From IMG/VR virus record IMGVR_UViG_2695420685_000005: a DNA stretch of 34,095 nt; one strand, 5' to 3'. The translations under genes and the position numbers were made by a program. Positions 8,921 to 18,172 of the stretch are shown one piece after another. Below the pieces are notes generated by a model. That model saw nothing but the letters and a program-made list of their open reading frames with translations, searched no databases and had not been told where the DNA came from. Every line of letters starts with the position of its first letter. The first letter of the stretch is position 1. The stretch is from a virus. Its lineage: Duplodnaviria; Heunggongvirae; Uroviricota; Caudoviricetes.

Positions 8921-8925
8921 GATGT

Positions 8926-9960
8926 TCAGCCGTTGTCAGTGTCCAGTGAGTAGTTTTTAAATCGGATGACCTCCTGACCGAGCCAGCCGTTTATCTCGCG
9001 GATCCTGTCCTGTAACGGGATAAGCTCATTGCGGACAAAGACCTTTGCCACTTTCTCAATATCACCCAGCGACCCGACGTTCTCCGGCTTGCCGCCCATC
9101 AACTGAAAGGGGATGCGGTGCGCGTCCAGCAGGTCTGCGGCGCTGGCTTTTTTGATATTAAAAAAATCGTCCTTCGTTGCCACTTCACTGAGCGGGATAA
9201 TTTTAATACCGTCGGCTTTTCCCTGTGGGGCGTAGAGAAATAGGTTTTTAAAGTTGTTGCGGCCTTTCGACTTCACCATGTTTTCGCGGAGCATTTCGAT
9301 ATCGTTGCGATCCTGCACGGCATCAGTGACGTACATGATATATCCGGCATGAGCGCCGTTTTCGTAATACTTGCGGCGGAACAGCGTGGCCGACTCATTC
9401 AGCCAGGCAGAGTTAAGGGCGCTGAGATATTCCGGCAGGCCGTACAGCTCCTGATTGATATCCGGCTCCAGCAGGTGAAACACGGAGCCGGGCGCGAAGG
9501 CTGTCGGCTCGTTGAAGGACGGCACCCACCAGTAAACATCCTCCTCCACGCCACGGCGGGTATATTTTGCCGGTGAGGTTTCCAGTCTGATGACCTTACC
9601 GGTGGTGCTGTAACGCTTTTCCAGAAACGCATTACCGAACACCAGAAAATCCAGCACAAAGCGGCTGAAATCCTGCTGGGACAGCCACGGGTGCGGGATA
9701 AACGTTGAAGCCAGAATATTACGTTTGACGTAAATCGGTGAGCTGTGATGTACGGCAGCACGCAGGCTTTTTGCCAGACCGGTAAAGCTGACCGGTGGCT
9801 CATACCATCTGCCGTTACTGATGCACTCGACGTAATCCAGAATGTCACGGCGGTCGAGTACCGGCACCGGCTCACCAAAGGTGAATGCTTCCATTTTCGG
9901 GGCGCTGGCGGTCATTTTTTTTTCCGCAGGTTGCTGTGTTTTCCCTTTTTTCTTGCTCAT
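8926..9960 (-). CDS. Q: Portal protein Q (344 aa)
   Basis: Size, position and leftward orientation next to cos match P2 Q. Confidence 0.88.
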   Translation of the reverse strand: MSKKKGKTQQPAEKKMTASAPKMEAFTFGEPVPVLDRRDILDYVECISNGRWYEPPVSFTGLAKSLRAAVHHSSPIYVKRNILASTFIPHPWLSQQDFSRFVLDFLVFGNAFLEKRYSTTGKVIRLETSPAKYTRRGVEEDVYWWVPSFNEPTAFAPGSVFHLLEPDINQELYGLPEYLSALNSAWLNESATLFRRKYYENGAHAGYIMYVTDAVQDRNDIEMLRENMVKSKGRNNFKNLFLYAPQGKADGIKIIPLSEVATKDDFFNIKKASAADLLDAHRIPFQLMGGKPENVGSLGDIEKVAKVFVRNELIPLQDRIREINGWLGQEVIRFKNYSLDTDNG

Positions 9961-11732
9961 CAGTAAAACTCCAGAATGGTGGATGTCAGCGGGGTGCTGA
10001 TACCGGCGGTGAGTGGCTCATTTAACAGGGCGTGCATGGTCGCCCAGGCGAGGTCGGCGTGGCTGGCTTCCTCGCTACGGCTGGCCTCATAGGTGGCGCT
10101 GCGTCCGCTGCTGGTCATGGTCTTGCGGATAGCCATAAACGAGCTGGTGATATCGGTGGCGCTGACGTCATATTCCAGACAGCCACGGCGGATAACGTCT
10201 TTGGCCTTGAGCACCATTGCGGTTTTCATTTCCGGCGTGTAGCGGATATCGCGCGCGGCAGGATAGAACGAGCGCACGAGCTGGAACACGCCGACACCGA
10301 GGCCGGTGGCATCAATACCGATGTATTCGACGTTGTATTTTTCGGTGAGTTTGCGGATGGATTCCGCCTGAGTGGCAAAGTCCATGCCTTTCCACTGGTG
10401 ACGCTCAAGTATTCTGAATTTGCCACCGGCCACCACCGGCGGTGCCAGTACCACGCATCCGGCGCTGTCGCCACGGTGTGACGGGTCGTAACCAATCCAT
10501 ACCGGACGTGAGCCGAACGGATTGGCGGCAAACGGCGCATAGTCTTCCCATTCTTCCAGCGTGTCGACCATGCAGCGTTGCAGCTCCTCGAACGGGAACA
10601 CCGACGCCTTGTCGTCAACAAATTCACACATGAACAGGTTTTTAAAATCGTCGGCGCTGTTTTCACGTTTGAGCTGTTCAATGTCGAACAGCGTGCAGCC
10701 GCCTTTCAGGGCGTCCTCAATGGTGACAATCTGCCGCCACTGGCCGTCCGCACAGAGAAGCCCACCGGCAAGGGCGTTATGACTGACGTCGATTTCCACG
10801 CGTTCGGCGGCGCTGGCGCGTCCCCGGTTAAACAGTTCACCCGACCAGAACGGGTAGGCGTCGTGCGCCAGCGTGGACGGGGTGGAGAAATAGGTCGAGC
10901 GCAGGTGACTCTGTGAGGCCATACCTGATGCCACCTTACGCAGTACCTGAAAATTCGGGATCCAGAAAATCTCGTCGACGTACAGGTCGCCGTTATGACT
11001 TTGTGCGGTGTTGGAGTTGGTGCCGAGAAAAATCAGTTTTGCGCCGTTATTGCCCAGGACAATCGGGTCACCGGTAAGGTCAACGTCAACCAGACGGGCA
11101 AAGGCGATGATGTATTCGCGGAACACATACGCCTGCGTTTTACTGGCCGACAGAAAAATCTGGTTATGACCTGTTTTCAGGGCGCGCAGCAGCGCCTCGC
11201 GGGAAAAATAAAACGTCGCGCCAATCTGGCGGGATTTCAGGATATCGCGGATGCGGTGCTCAAGCCCGGCGCGATACCAGTGCAACTGATATTCGAAAGA
11301 CTGCTCAAAGAAAATCTGCTCCAGCTTTTCGATAGCCTCGTCGCTGAAAAAATTCTTTTTCGGTTTGCGACGCCCGCCTTTGTTGCGGTTAGCGACGTTC
11401 GGATTAAGGTCTGCCTCGTTGCCGGTCTGGCTGTAGCGGTTTACCCGTGCCAGTCGTTCAATCTGGCGTCCGAGCAGGTCAATTTCCTTGAAGTCACCGC
11501 CGGTTTTCTGCGGTTTGATAATGAGCTGGGTCAGCCGCGCTTCCAGACTCATTTCGACACGGCTGATGGGGGCAACGCTGTCCCAGCCGTCGCGCTGTTT
11601 CCAGCTCTGCACCGTCGGGCGTTTCATCTGCAACATGGCGGCAATCTGCGGCACGGAAAACCCCTGCCAGTACAGCAGCGCCGCCTGACGACGCGGGTCG
11701 TGCAAAAGAGTGGTGTCTGTGGTGATGGTCAT
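9960..11732 (-). CDS. P: Terminase large (ATPase/nuclease) subunit P (590 aa from ATG at 11732)
   Basis: N-terminus MTITTDTTLLHDPRRQAALLYWQGF matches P2 P; paired with Q on the minus strand. Confidence 0.9.
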   Translation of the reverse strand: MTITTDTTLLHDPRRQAALLYWQGFSVPQIAAMLQMKRPTVQSWKQRDGWDSVAPISRVEMSLEARLTQLIIKPQKTGGDFKEIDLLGRQIERLARVNRYSQTGNEADLNPNVANRNKGGRRKPKKNFFSDEAIEKLEQIFFEQSFEYQLHWYRAGLEHRIRDILKSRQIGATFYFSREALLRALKTGHNQIFLSASKTQAYVFREYIIAFARLVDVDLTGDPIVLGNNGAKLIFLGTNSNTAQSHNGDLYVDEIFWIPNFQVLRKVASGMASQSHLRSTYFSTPSTLAHDAYPFWSGELFNRGRASAAERVEIDVSHNALAGGLLCADGQWRQIVTIEDALKGGCTLFDIEQLKRENSADDFKNLFMCEFVDDKASVFPFEELQRCMVDTLEEWEDYAPFAANPFGSRPVWIGYDPSHRGDSAGCVVLAPPVVAGGKFRILERHQWKGMDFATQAESIRKLTEKYNVEYIGIDATGLGVGVFQLVRSFYPAARDIRYTPEMKTAMVLKAKDVIRRGCLEYDVSATDITSSFMAIRKTMTSSGRSATYEASRSEEASHADLAWATMHALLNEPLTAGISTPLTSTILEFY

Positions 11733-11905
11733 GAATACCTCGCCGTGATGAATACACGGCAAGGCTACTGAGTCGCGCCCCGCGATTCGCTAAGGTGCTG
11801 TTGTGTCAGTGATAAGCCATCCGGGACTGATGGCGGAGGATGCGCATCGTCGGGAAACTGATGCCGACATGTGACTCCTCTAATCACTATTCAGGACTCC
11901 TGACA

Positions 11906-12760
11906 ATGGCAAAAAAAGTCTCAAAATTCTTTCGTATCGGCGTTGAGGGTGACACCTGTGACGGGCGTGTCATCAGTGCGCAGGATATTCAGGAAATGGC
12001 CGAAACCTTTGACCCGCGAGTCTATGGTTGCCGCATTAACCTGGAACATCTGCGCGGCATCCTGCCTGACGGCATTTTTAAACGTTATGGCGATGTGGTC
12101 GAACTGAAGGCCGAAAAGATTGATGACGATTCGGCGCTGAAAGGCAAATGGGCGCTGTTTGCGAAAATCACCCCGACCGATGACCTTATCGCGATGAACA
12201 AGGCCGCGCAGAAGGTCTACACCTCAATGGAAATTCAGCCGAACTTTGCCAACACCGGCAAATGTTATCTGGTGGGGCTGGCCGTCACCGATGACCCGGC
12301 AAGCCTCGGTACGGAATACCTGGAATTCTGCCGCACGGCAAAACACAACCCCCTGAACCGCTTCAAATTAAGCCCTGAAAACCTGATTTCAGTGGCAACG
12401 CCTGTTGAGCTGGAATTTGAAGACCTGCCTGAAACCGTGTTCACAGCCCTGACCGAAAAGGTGAAATCCATTTTTGGCCGCAAACAGGCCAGCGATGACG
12501 CCCGTCTGAATGACGTGCATGAAGCGGTGACCGCTGTCGCTGAGCATGTGCAGGAAAAACTGAGCGCCACTGAGCAGCGCCTTGCTGAGATGGAAACCGC
12601 CTTTTCCGCACTTAAGCAGGATGTGACTGACAGGGCGGATGAAACCAGTCAGGCATTCACCCGCCTGAAAAACAGTCTCGACCACACCGAAAGTCTGACC
12701 CAGCAGCGCCGCAGTAAAGCCACCGGCGGTGGCGGTGACGCCCTGATGACGAACTGCTGA
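11906..12760 (+). CDS. O: Capsid scaffolding protein O (284 aa from ATG at 11906)
   Basis: Starts MAKKVSKFFRIGVEGDT; first gene of the rightward late head operon, divergent from P. Confidence 0.85.
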   Translation: MAKKVSKFFRIGVEGDTCDGRVISAQDIQEMAETFDPRVYGCRINLEHLRGILPDGIFKRYGDVVELKAEKIDDDSALKGKWALFAKITPTDDLIAMNKAAQKVYTSMEIQPNFANTGKCYLVGLAVTDDPASLGTEYLEFCRTAKHNPLNRFKLSPENLISVATPVELEFEDLPETVFTALTEKVKSIFGRKQASDDARLNDVHEAVTAVAEHVQEKLSATEQRLAEMETAFSALKQDVTDRADETSQAFTRLKNSLDHTESLTQQRRSKATGGGGDALMTNC

Positions 12761-12818
12761 CCGGTGTCAGTCAGTCCGGGAAAACCTTCACGATTAACCC
12801 TTAATTTCAGGAAAAACT

Positions 12819-13892
12819 ATGCGCCAGGAAACCCGCTTTAAATTTAATGCCTACCTGTCCCGTGTTGCCGAACTGAACGGCATCGACGCCGGTGATGTGT
12901 CGAAAAAATTCACCGTTGAACCGTCGGTCACCCAGACCCTGATGAACACCATGCAGGAGTCCTCTGACTTTCTGACCCGCATCAACATTGTGCCGGTCAG
13001 CGAAATGAAAGGGGAAAAAATTGGTATTGGTGTCACCGGCTCCATCGCCAGCACCAGCGACACCGCCGGTGGCACCGAGCGTCAGCCGAAGGACTTCTCG
13101 AAGCTGGCGTCAAACAAGTACGAATGCGACCAGATTAACTTCGATTTTTATATCCGCTACAAAACGCTTGACCTGTGGGCGCGTTATCAGGATTTCCAGC
13201 TCCGTGTCCGTAACGCCATTATCAAACGCCAGTCCCTTGATTTAATCATGGCCGGTTTTAACGGCGTGAGGCGTGCCGAAACCTCTGACCGCAGCAGTAA
13301 TCCGATGCTACAGGATGTGGCGGTCGGCTGGCTGCAGAAATACCGCAATGAAGCACCGGCGCGCGTGATGAGCAAGGTCACTGACGAGGAAGGGCACACC
13401 ACCTCTGAGGTTATCCGCGTGGGTAAGGGCGGTGATTATGCCAGCCTTGACGCACTGGTGATGGATGCGACCAACAACCTGATTGAGCCGTGGTATCAGG
13501 AAGACCCTGACCTTGTGGTGATTGTGGGACGTCAGCTACTGGCGGACAAGTATTTTCCCATCGTCAACAAGGAGCAGGACAACAGCGAAATGCTGGCCGC
13601 TGACGTCATCATCAGCCAGAAACGCATCGGTAACCTGCCGGCGGTACGCGTCCCGTACTTCCCGGCGGATGCGATGCTCATCACAAAGCTGGAAAACCTG
13701 TCCATCTACTACATGGATGACAGCCATCGCCGCGTGATTGAGGAAAACCCGAAACTCGACCGCGTGGAGAACTACGAGTCAATGAACATTGATTACGTGG
13801 TGGAAGACTACGCCGCCGGTTGTCTGGTGGAAAAAATTAAGGTCGGTGATTTCTCCACACTGGCTAAAGCGACCGCAGAGCCTGGAGCGTAA
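12819..13892 (+). CDS. N: Major capsid protein N (357 aa)
   Basis: Size and synteny with P2 N; follows scaffold gene O. Confidence 0.9.
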   Translation: MRQETRFKFNAYLSRVAELNGIDAGDVSKKFTVEPSVTQTLMNTMQESSDFLTRINIVPVSEMKGEKIGIGVTGSIASTSDTAGGTERQPKDFSKLASNKYECDQINFDFYIRYKTLDLWARYQDFQLRVRNAIIKRQSLDLIMAGFNGVRRAETSDRSSNPMLQDVAVGWLQKYRNEAPARVMSKVTDEEGHTTSEVIRVGKGGDYASLDALVMDATNNLIEPWYQEDPDLVVIVGRQLLADKYFPIVNKEQDNSEMLAADVIISQKRIGNLPAVRVPYFPADAMLITKLENLSIYYMDDSHRRVIEENPKLDRVENYESMNIDYVVEDYAAGCLVEKIKVGDFSTLAKATAEPGA

Positions 13893-13895
13893 CCG

Positions 13896-14639
13896 ATGAC
13901 GAGTCCCGCACAGCGCCACATGATGCGGGTCTCGGCAGCGATGACCGCGCAGCGGGAAGCCGCCCCGCTGCGACATGCAACTGTCTATGAGCAGATGCTG
14001 GTTAAGCTCGCCGCAGACCAGCGCACACTGAAAGCGATTTATTCAAAAGAGCTGAAGGCCGCGAAAAAACGCGAACTGCTGCCGTTCTGGTTGCCGTGGG
14101 TGAACGGCGTGCTGGAGCAGGGCAAAGGTGCACAGGATGACATTCTGATGACGGTCATGCTGTGGCGTCTGGATACCGGCGATATTGCCGGTGCGCTGGA
14201 GATTGCCCGTTATGCCCTGAAGTACGGTCTGACCATGCCGGGTAAACACCGCCGTACCCCGCCGTACATGTTCACCGAGGAGGTAGCGCTTGCGGCCATG
14301 CGCGCTCACGCTGCCGGTGAGTCTGTGGATACCCGCCTGCTGACGGAGACCCTTGAACTGACCGCCACGGCTGACATGCCTGATGAAGTGCGCGCAAAGC
14401 TGCACAAAATTACCGGTCTGTTTCTGCGTGACGGTGGTGATGCCGCCGGTGCGCTGGCTCACCTGCAACGTGCGACACAGCTCGACTGTCAGGCAGGCGT
14501 CAAAAAAGAGATTGAACGACTGGAGCGGGAGCTGAAACCGAAGCCGGAGCCGCAACCCAAAGCGGCCACCCGTACCACGCGTAAGACCCGGAGTGCGACA
14601 CCGGCAAAACGTGGACGCCCGAAAAAGAAAGCCAGTTAA
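13896..14639 (+). CDS. M: Terminase small (endonuclease) subunit M (247 aa)
   Basis: Size and synteny match P2 M; basic Lys/Arg-rich C-terminal tail. Confidence 0.85.
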   Translation: MTSPAQRHMMRVSAAMTAQREAAPLRHATVYEQMLVKLAADQRTLKAIYSKELKAAKKRELLPFWLPWVNGVLEQGKGAQDDILMTVMLWRLDTGDIAGALEIARYALKYGLTMPGKHRRTPPYMFTEEVALAAMRAHAAGESVDTRLLTETLELTATADMPDEVRAKLHKITGLFLRDGGDAAGALAHLQRATQLDCQAGVKKEIERLERELKPKPEPQPKAATRTTRKTRSATPAKRGRPKKKAS

Positions 14640-14738
14640 CAACCGAATGCGCCCCGCGCCAGGGCGGCACGCCGGTCTGTGAGGGTGAATCACCTGACAC
14701 TGTACCGGCGTCCACCGCCCGACTTTTCAGAGGTAGTC

Positions 14739-15248
14739 ATGATGACGCTGATTATTCCGCGAAAGGAGGCTCCCGTGTCCGGTGAGGGTACGGTGGTCAT
14801 CCCGCAACCGGCAGGCGATGAGCCGGTGATTAAAAACACGTTCTTTTTTCCCGATATCGACCCGAAGCGCGTCCGGGAACGTATGCGCCTTGAGCAGACC
14901 GTCGCTCCCGCCCGTCTGCGTGAGGCCATCAAGTCAGGCATGGCTGAAACGAATGCGGAGCTGTACGAGTACCGCGAACAGAAAATTGCTGCCGGTTTTA
15001 CGCGTCTGGCGGACGTCCCGGCGGACGACATCGACGGTGAAAGCATCAAAGTTTTTTACTACGAGCGCGCCGTGTGTGCGATGGCGACCGCGTCGCTTTA
15101 TGAGCGTTATCGCGGCGTGGATGCCAGTGCGAAAGGCGACAAGAAGGCTGACAGCATTGACAGCACCATCGATGAACTGTGGCGGGATATGCGCTGGGCA
15201 GTGGCGCGCATCCAGGACAAGCCGCGCTGCATCGTGAGTCAAATCTGA
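14739..15248 (+). CDS. L: Head completion/stabilisation protein L (169 aa from ATG at 14739)
   Basis: Synteny and size match P2 L; stop overlaps the X start (ATGA). Confidence 0.8.
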   Translation: MMTLIIPRKEAPVSGEGTVVIPQPAGDEPVIKNTFFFPDIDPKRVRERMRLEQTVAPARLREAIKSGMAETNAELYEYREQKIAAGFTRLADVPADDIDGESIKVFYYERAVCAMATASLYERYRGVDASAKGDKKADSIDSTIDELWRDMRWAVARIQDKPRCIVSQI

Positions 15249-15451
15249 TGAAGGCTTTTGCGCTACAGGGCGACACGCTCGACGCCATTTGTGTCCGGTA
15301 TTACGGGCGCACTGAGGGCGTGGTCGAGGCTGTGCTCGCCGCAAATCCGGGACTGGCTGAACTGGGCGCGGTGCTGCCACACGGCACCGCCGTCGAACTG
15401 CCCGACGTTCAGACCGCGCCCGTGGCTGAAACTGTCAATCTGTGGGAGTAA
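15248..15451 (+). CDS. X: Tail protein X (67 aa)
   Basis: MKAFALQGDTLDAICVRYYGRTEGVVEAVLAANPGLAELGAVLPHGT... matches P2 gpX in size and position. Confidence 0.8.
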   Translation: MKAFALQGDTLDAICVRYYGRTEGVVEAVLAANPGLAELGAVLPHGTAVELPDVQTAPVAETVNLWE

Positions 15452-15454
15452 CGC

Positions 15455-15736
15455 ATGACAGCAGAAGAAAAAAGCGTCCTGTCGCTTTTCATGATTGGGG
15501 TGCTGATTGTTGTCGGCAAGGTGCTTGCCGGTGGTGAACCCATCACCCCGCGTCTGTTTATCGGGCGCATGTTGCTCGGTGGTTTTGTCTCGATGGTTGC
15601 CGGTGTTGTTCTGGTGCAGTTTCCTGACCTGTCACTGCCTGCGGTGTGCGGCATCGGCTCCATGCTGGGTATCGCCGGTTATCAGGTGATTGAGATTGCC
15701 ATTCAGCGCCGCTTTAAGGGCAGGGGGAAACCGTAA
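15455..15736 (+). CDS. Y: Holin Y (93 aa)
   Basis: Small protein with hydrophobic helices and a charged C-terminus (RRFKGRGKP), immediately upstream of the endolysin. Confidence 0.85.
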   Translation: MTAEEKSVLSLFMIGVLIVVGKVLAGGEPITPRLFIGRMLLGGFVSMVAGVVLVQFPDLSLPAVCGIGSMLGIAGYQVIEIAIQRRFKGRGKP

Positions 15737-16233
15737 TGCCAGTAATTAACACGCATCAGAATATCGCCGCCTTTCTCGACATGCTGGCCGTGTCCGAAGG
15801 GACGGCGAATCATCCGCTGACGAAAAACCGGGGCTATGACGTGATAGTCACCGGACTGGACGGGAAGCCGGAAATCTTCACCGACTACAGTGACCACCCG
15901 TTCGCACATGGCCGACCGGCGAAGGTGTTTAACCGTCGCGGTGAAAAATCCACGGCCTCCGGTCGCTATCAGCAGCTTTACCTGTTCTGGCCGCACTACC
16001 GCAAACAACTTGCCCTGCCGGATTTCAGTCCGTTGTCACAGGACAGACTTGCCATTCAGTTGATCCGCGAACGCGGTGCACTGGATGACATCCGGGCGGG
16101 ACGCATTGAGCGCGCCATTTCACGCTGTCGCAATATCTGGGCGTCCCTGCCGGGTGCCGGTTACGGTCAGCGTGAGTATTCACTGGAAAAACTGGTCACC
16201 GTCTGGCGTACCGCTGGCGGCGTACCGGCTTAA
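15736..16233 (+). CDS. K: Endolysin K (lysozyme-like, 165 aa)
   Basis: Size and position match P2 K within the lysis cassette. Confidence 0.85.
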   Translation: MPVINTHQNIAAFLDMLAVSEGTANHPLTKNRGYDVIVTGLDGKPEIFTDYSDHPFAHGRPAKVFNRRGEKSTASGRYQQLYLFWPHYRKQLALPDFSPLSQDRLAIQLIRERGALDDIRAGRIERAISRCRNIWASLPGAGYGQREYSLEKLVTVWRTAGGVPA

Positions 16234-16247
16234 ACGGAGTAAACACC

Positions 16248-16673
16248 ATGAAGAAATTATCTCTTTCACTGATGCTGAACGTGTCGCTGGCGCTGATGCT
16301 GGCACTGTCCCTGATTTACCCCCAGAGCGTGGCCGTCAGTTTTGTCGCTACCTGGGCGATTCTGGCGACGGTTATCTGTGTGGTTGCCGGTGGTGTCGGC
16401 GTGTATGCCACAGAGTATGTACTGGAACGCTACGGGCGGGAGCTGCCGCCGGAATCGCTGGCCGTGAAGATTGTCACGTCGCTGTTTTTGCAGCCGGTGC
16501 CGTGGCGCAGACGGGCGGCGGCTCTGGTAGTGATGGTGGCGACGTTTATCTCGCTGGTCGCTGCCGGGTGGATTTTTACCGCGCTGATTTATCTCGTGGT
16601 ATCGGTGTTCTTCCGGTTGATACGTACGGCCTGCCGTCAGCGTTTTGAGGGGCGGGAACCATGTCAAAGCTGA
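16248..16673 (+). CDS. lysA: Lysis timing protein LysA (141 aa, multi-TM)
   Basis: Hydrophobic membrane protein directly after K, as in P2. Confidence 0.75.
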   Translation: MKKLSLSLMLNVSLALMLALSLIYPQSVAVSFVATWAILATVICVVAGGVGVYATEYVLERYGRELPPESLAVKIVTSLFLQPVPWRRRAAALVVMVATFISLVAAGWIFTALIYLVVSVFFRLIRTACRQRFEGREPCQS

Positions 16674-17086
16674 TGACTGTGCTGGTTGTGTTGTTATCAC
16701 TGGCGGTGGCCGGTCTGTTTCTGGTGAAACATAAAAATGCCAGCCTGCGCGCCTCGCTGGACAGGGCGAACAACGTCGCCAGCGGGCAGCAGGCGACCAT
16801 CACCATGCTGAAAAATCAGCTTCATGTTGCCATCACCAGGGCAGACAAAAACGAGCTGGCGCAGGTTGCACTGCGTCAGGAACTGGAAAACGCCGCGAAG
16901 CGTGAAGCACAGCGCGAGAAAACCATCACGAGGTTACTCAATGAAAACGAAGATTTTCGCCGCTGGTACGGTGCTGACCTGCCTGATGCTGTGCGCCGGT
17001 TGCACCAGCGTCCGGCCTGCACCGACGCCAGTGATTGTCGCCAACGCCTGCCCGAAAGTGAGTCTTTGCCCGATGCCGGGCAGTGA
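16661..17086 (+). CDS. lysB: LysB, Rz-like inner-membrane spanin (141 aa)
   Basis: N-terminal TM helix (MSKLMTVLVVLLSLAVAGLFLV) followed by a coiled-coil-like, charge-rich periplasmic region. Confidence 0.8.
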   Translation: MSKLMTVLVVLLSLAVAGLFLVKHKNASLRASLDRANNVASGQQATITMLKNQLHVAITRADKNELAQVALRQELENAAKREAQREKTITRLLNENEDFRRWYGADLPDAVRRLHQRPACTDASDCRQRLPESESLPDAGQ

Positions 17087-17231
17087 CCCGCAGACGAACG
17101 GCGATTTAAGTGCTGATATCAGGCAGCTTGAGAACGCGCTGGCACGCTGTGCCAGCCAGGTAAAAATGATTAAACACTGTCAGGACGAAAACGATGCTCA
17201 AACCCGACAGCCTGCGCAGGGCGTTGACTGA
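16941..17231 (+). CDS. lysC: LysC, Rz1-like outer-membrane lipoprotein spanin (96 aa), embedded out of frame in the lysB 3' end and overlapping the R start
   Basis: Internal start MKTKIFAAGTVLTCLMLCAGC gives a lipoprotein signal peptide with lipobox Cys; Pro-rich mature part. Confidence 0.75.
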   Translation: MKTKIFAAGTVLTCLMLCAGCTSVRPAPTPVIVANACPKVSLCPMPGSDPQTNGDLSADIRQLENALARCASQVKMIKHCQDENDAQTRQPAQGVD

Positions 17232-17661
17232 TGCCGTCACGGTGCTGAAAACTAACCCCGATATGCTGCGGATATTCGTGGATAACGGGAGTATTGCCTC
17301 CACACTGGCGACGTCGCTGTCGTTCGAAAAGCGTTACACGCTCAATGTGATTGTGACCGACTTTACCGGTGATTTTGACCTGCTCATCGTGCCGGTGCTG
17401 GCGTGGCTGCGGGAAAATCAGCCCGACATCATGACCACCGACGAAGGCCAGAAAAAGGGCTTCACGTTTTATGCAGACATCAACAATGACAGCAGCTTTG
17501 ATATCAGCATCAGCCTGATGCTGACCGAGCGCACGCTGGTCAGTGAGGTGGACGGCGCGCTGCATGTGAAGAATATCCCGGAACCCCCGCCGCCGGAGCC
17601 GGTCACCCGCCCGATGGAGCTTTATATCAATGGCGAACTGGTGAGCAAGTGGGATGAATGA
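17194..17661 (+). CDS. R: Tail completion protein R (155 aa)
   Basis: Size and synteny with P2 R. Confidence 0.85.
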   Translation: MLKPDSLRRALTDAVTVLKTNPDMLRIFVDNGSIASTLATSLSFEKRYTLNVIVTDFTGDFDLLIVPVLAWLRENQPDIMTTDEGQKKGFTFYADINNDSSFDISISLMLTERTLVSEVDGALHVKNIPEPPPPEPVTRPMELYINGELVSKWDE

Positions 17662-18106
17662 GTTTAAGCGTTTTGAAGACCGGCTGACCGGACTGATTGA
17701 GTCGCTGTCACCGTCAGGGCGTCGGCGACTGAGTGCAGAACTGGCGAAACGTCTGCGGCAGAGTCAGCAGCGCCGGGTGATGGCACAGAAAGCCCCGGAC
17801 GGCACACCCTATGCGCCACGCCAGCAGCAGAGCGCCAGAAAAAAGACCGGTCGTGTTAAGCGAAAAATGTTTGCGAAACTTATCACCAGTCGTTTTTTGC
17901 ATATCCGCGCCAGCCCGGAACAGGCAGCAATGGAATTTTACGGCGGGAAGTCACCGAAAATCGCCAGTGTGCATCAGTTCGGTCTGTCGGAAGAAAACCG
18001 GAAAGACGGTAAGAAAATTGATTATCCGGCGCGTCCTCTGCTCGGCTTTACCGGTGAGGATGTGCAGATGATTGAAGAGATTATTCTGGCTCACCTCGAC
18101 CGTTAG
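17654..18106 (+). CDS. S: Tail completion protein S (150 aa)
   Basis: Size and synteny with P2 S. Confidence 0.85.
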   Translation: MNEFKRFEDRLTGLIESLSPSGRRRLSAELAKRLRQSQQRRVMAQKAPDGTPYAPRQQQSARKKTGRVKRKMFAKLITSRFLHIRASPEQAAMEFYGGKSPKIASVHQFGLSEENRKDGKKIDYPARPLLGFTGEDVQMIEEIILAHLDR

Positions 18107-18172
18107 TTGTGCCATTCCCGACACCTCATCGTCACATTGCCGCCGGTATGACCCGGCGGCATCCTTCCCGTT

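Noticed and set aside
9349-11771. Numerous ORFs of 60-260 aa on the strand opposite to Q and P (for example 9399-9878, 10032-10481, 10995-11771)
   Set aside because: They lie entirely inside well-supported Q/P coding sequence on the opposite strand; long antisense ORFs are typical of GC-rich DNA and have no independent start or RBS context.
11733-11905. Expected Ogr-dependent late promoters (also upstream of V near 18107-18172 and upstream of FI near 25125-25219)
   Set aside because: I looked for the partial-dyad element I remember as TGT-N12-ACA. I found only approximate matches (for example TGT-N10-ACA near 18108-18123) and am not sure of the consensus spacing, so no promoter coordinates are asserted.
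14043-17565. Antisense and alternative-frame ORFs across the capsid, lysis and tail genes (for example 14043-14693, 14934-15380, 16266-16700, 17170-17565)
   Set aside because: Overlap conserved P2 structural and lysis genes in other frames; judged GC-driven artefacts. The one exception is the lysC frame (16941-17231), which has a lipoprotein signal and is reported as a feature.
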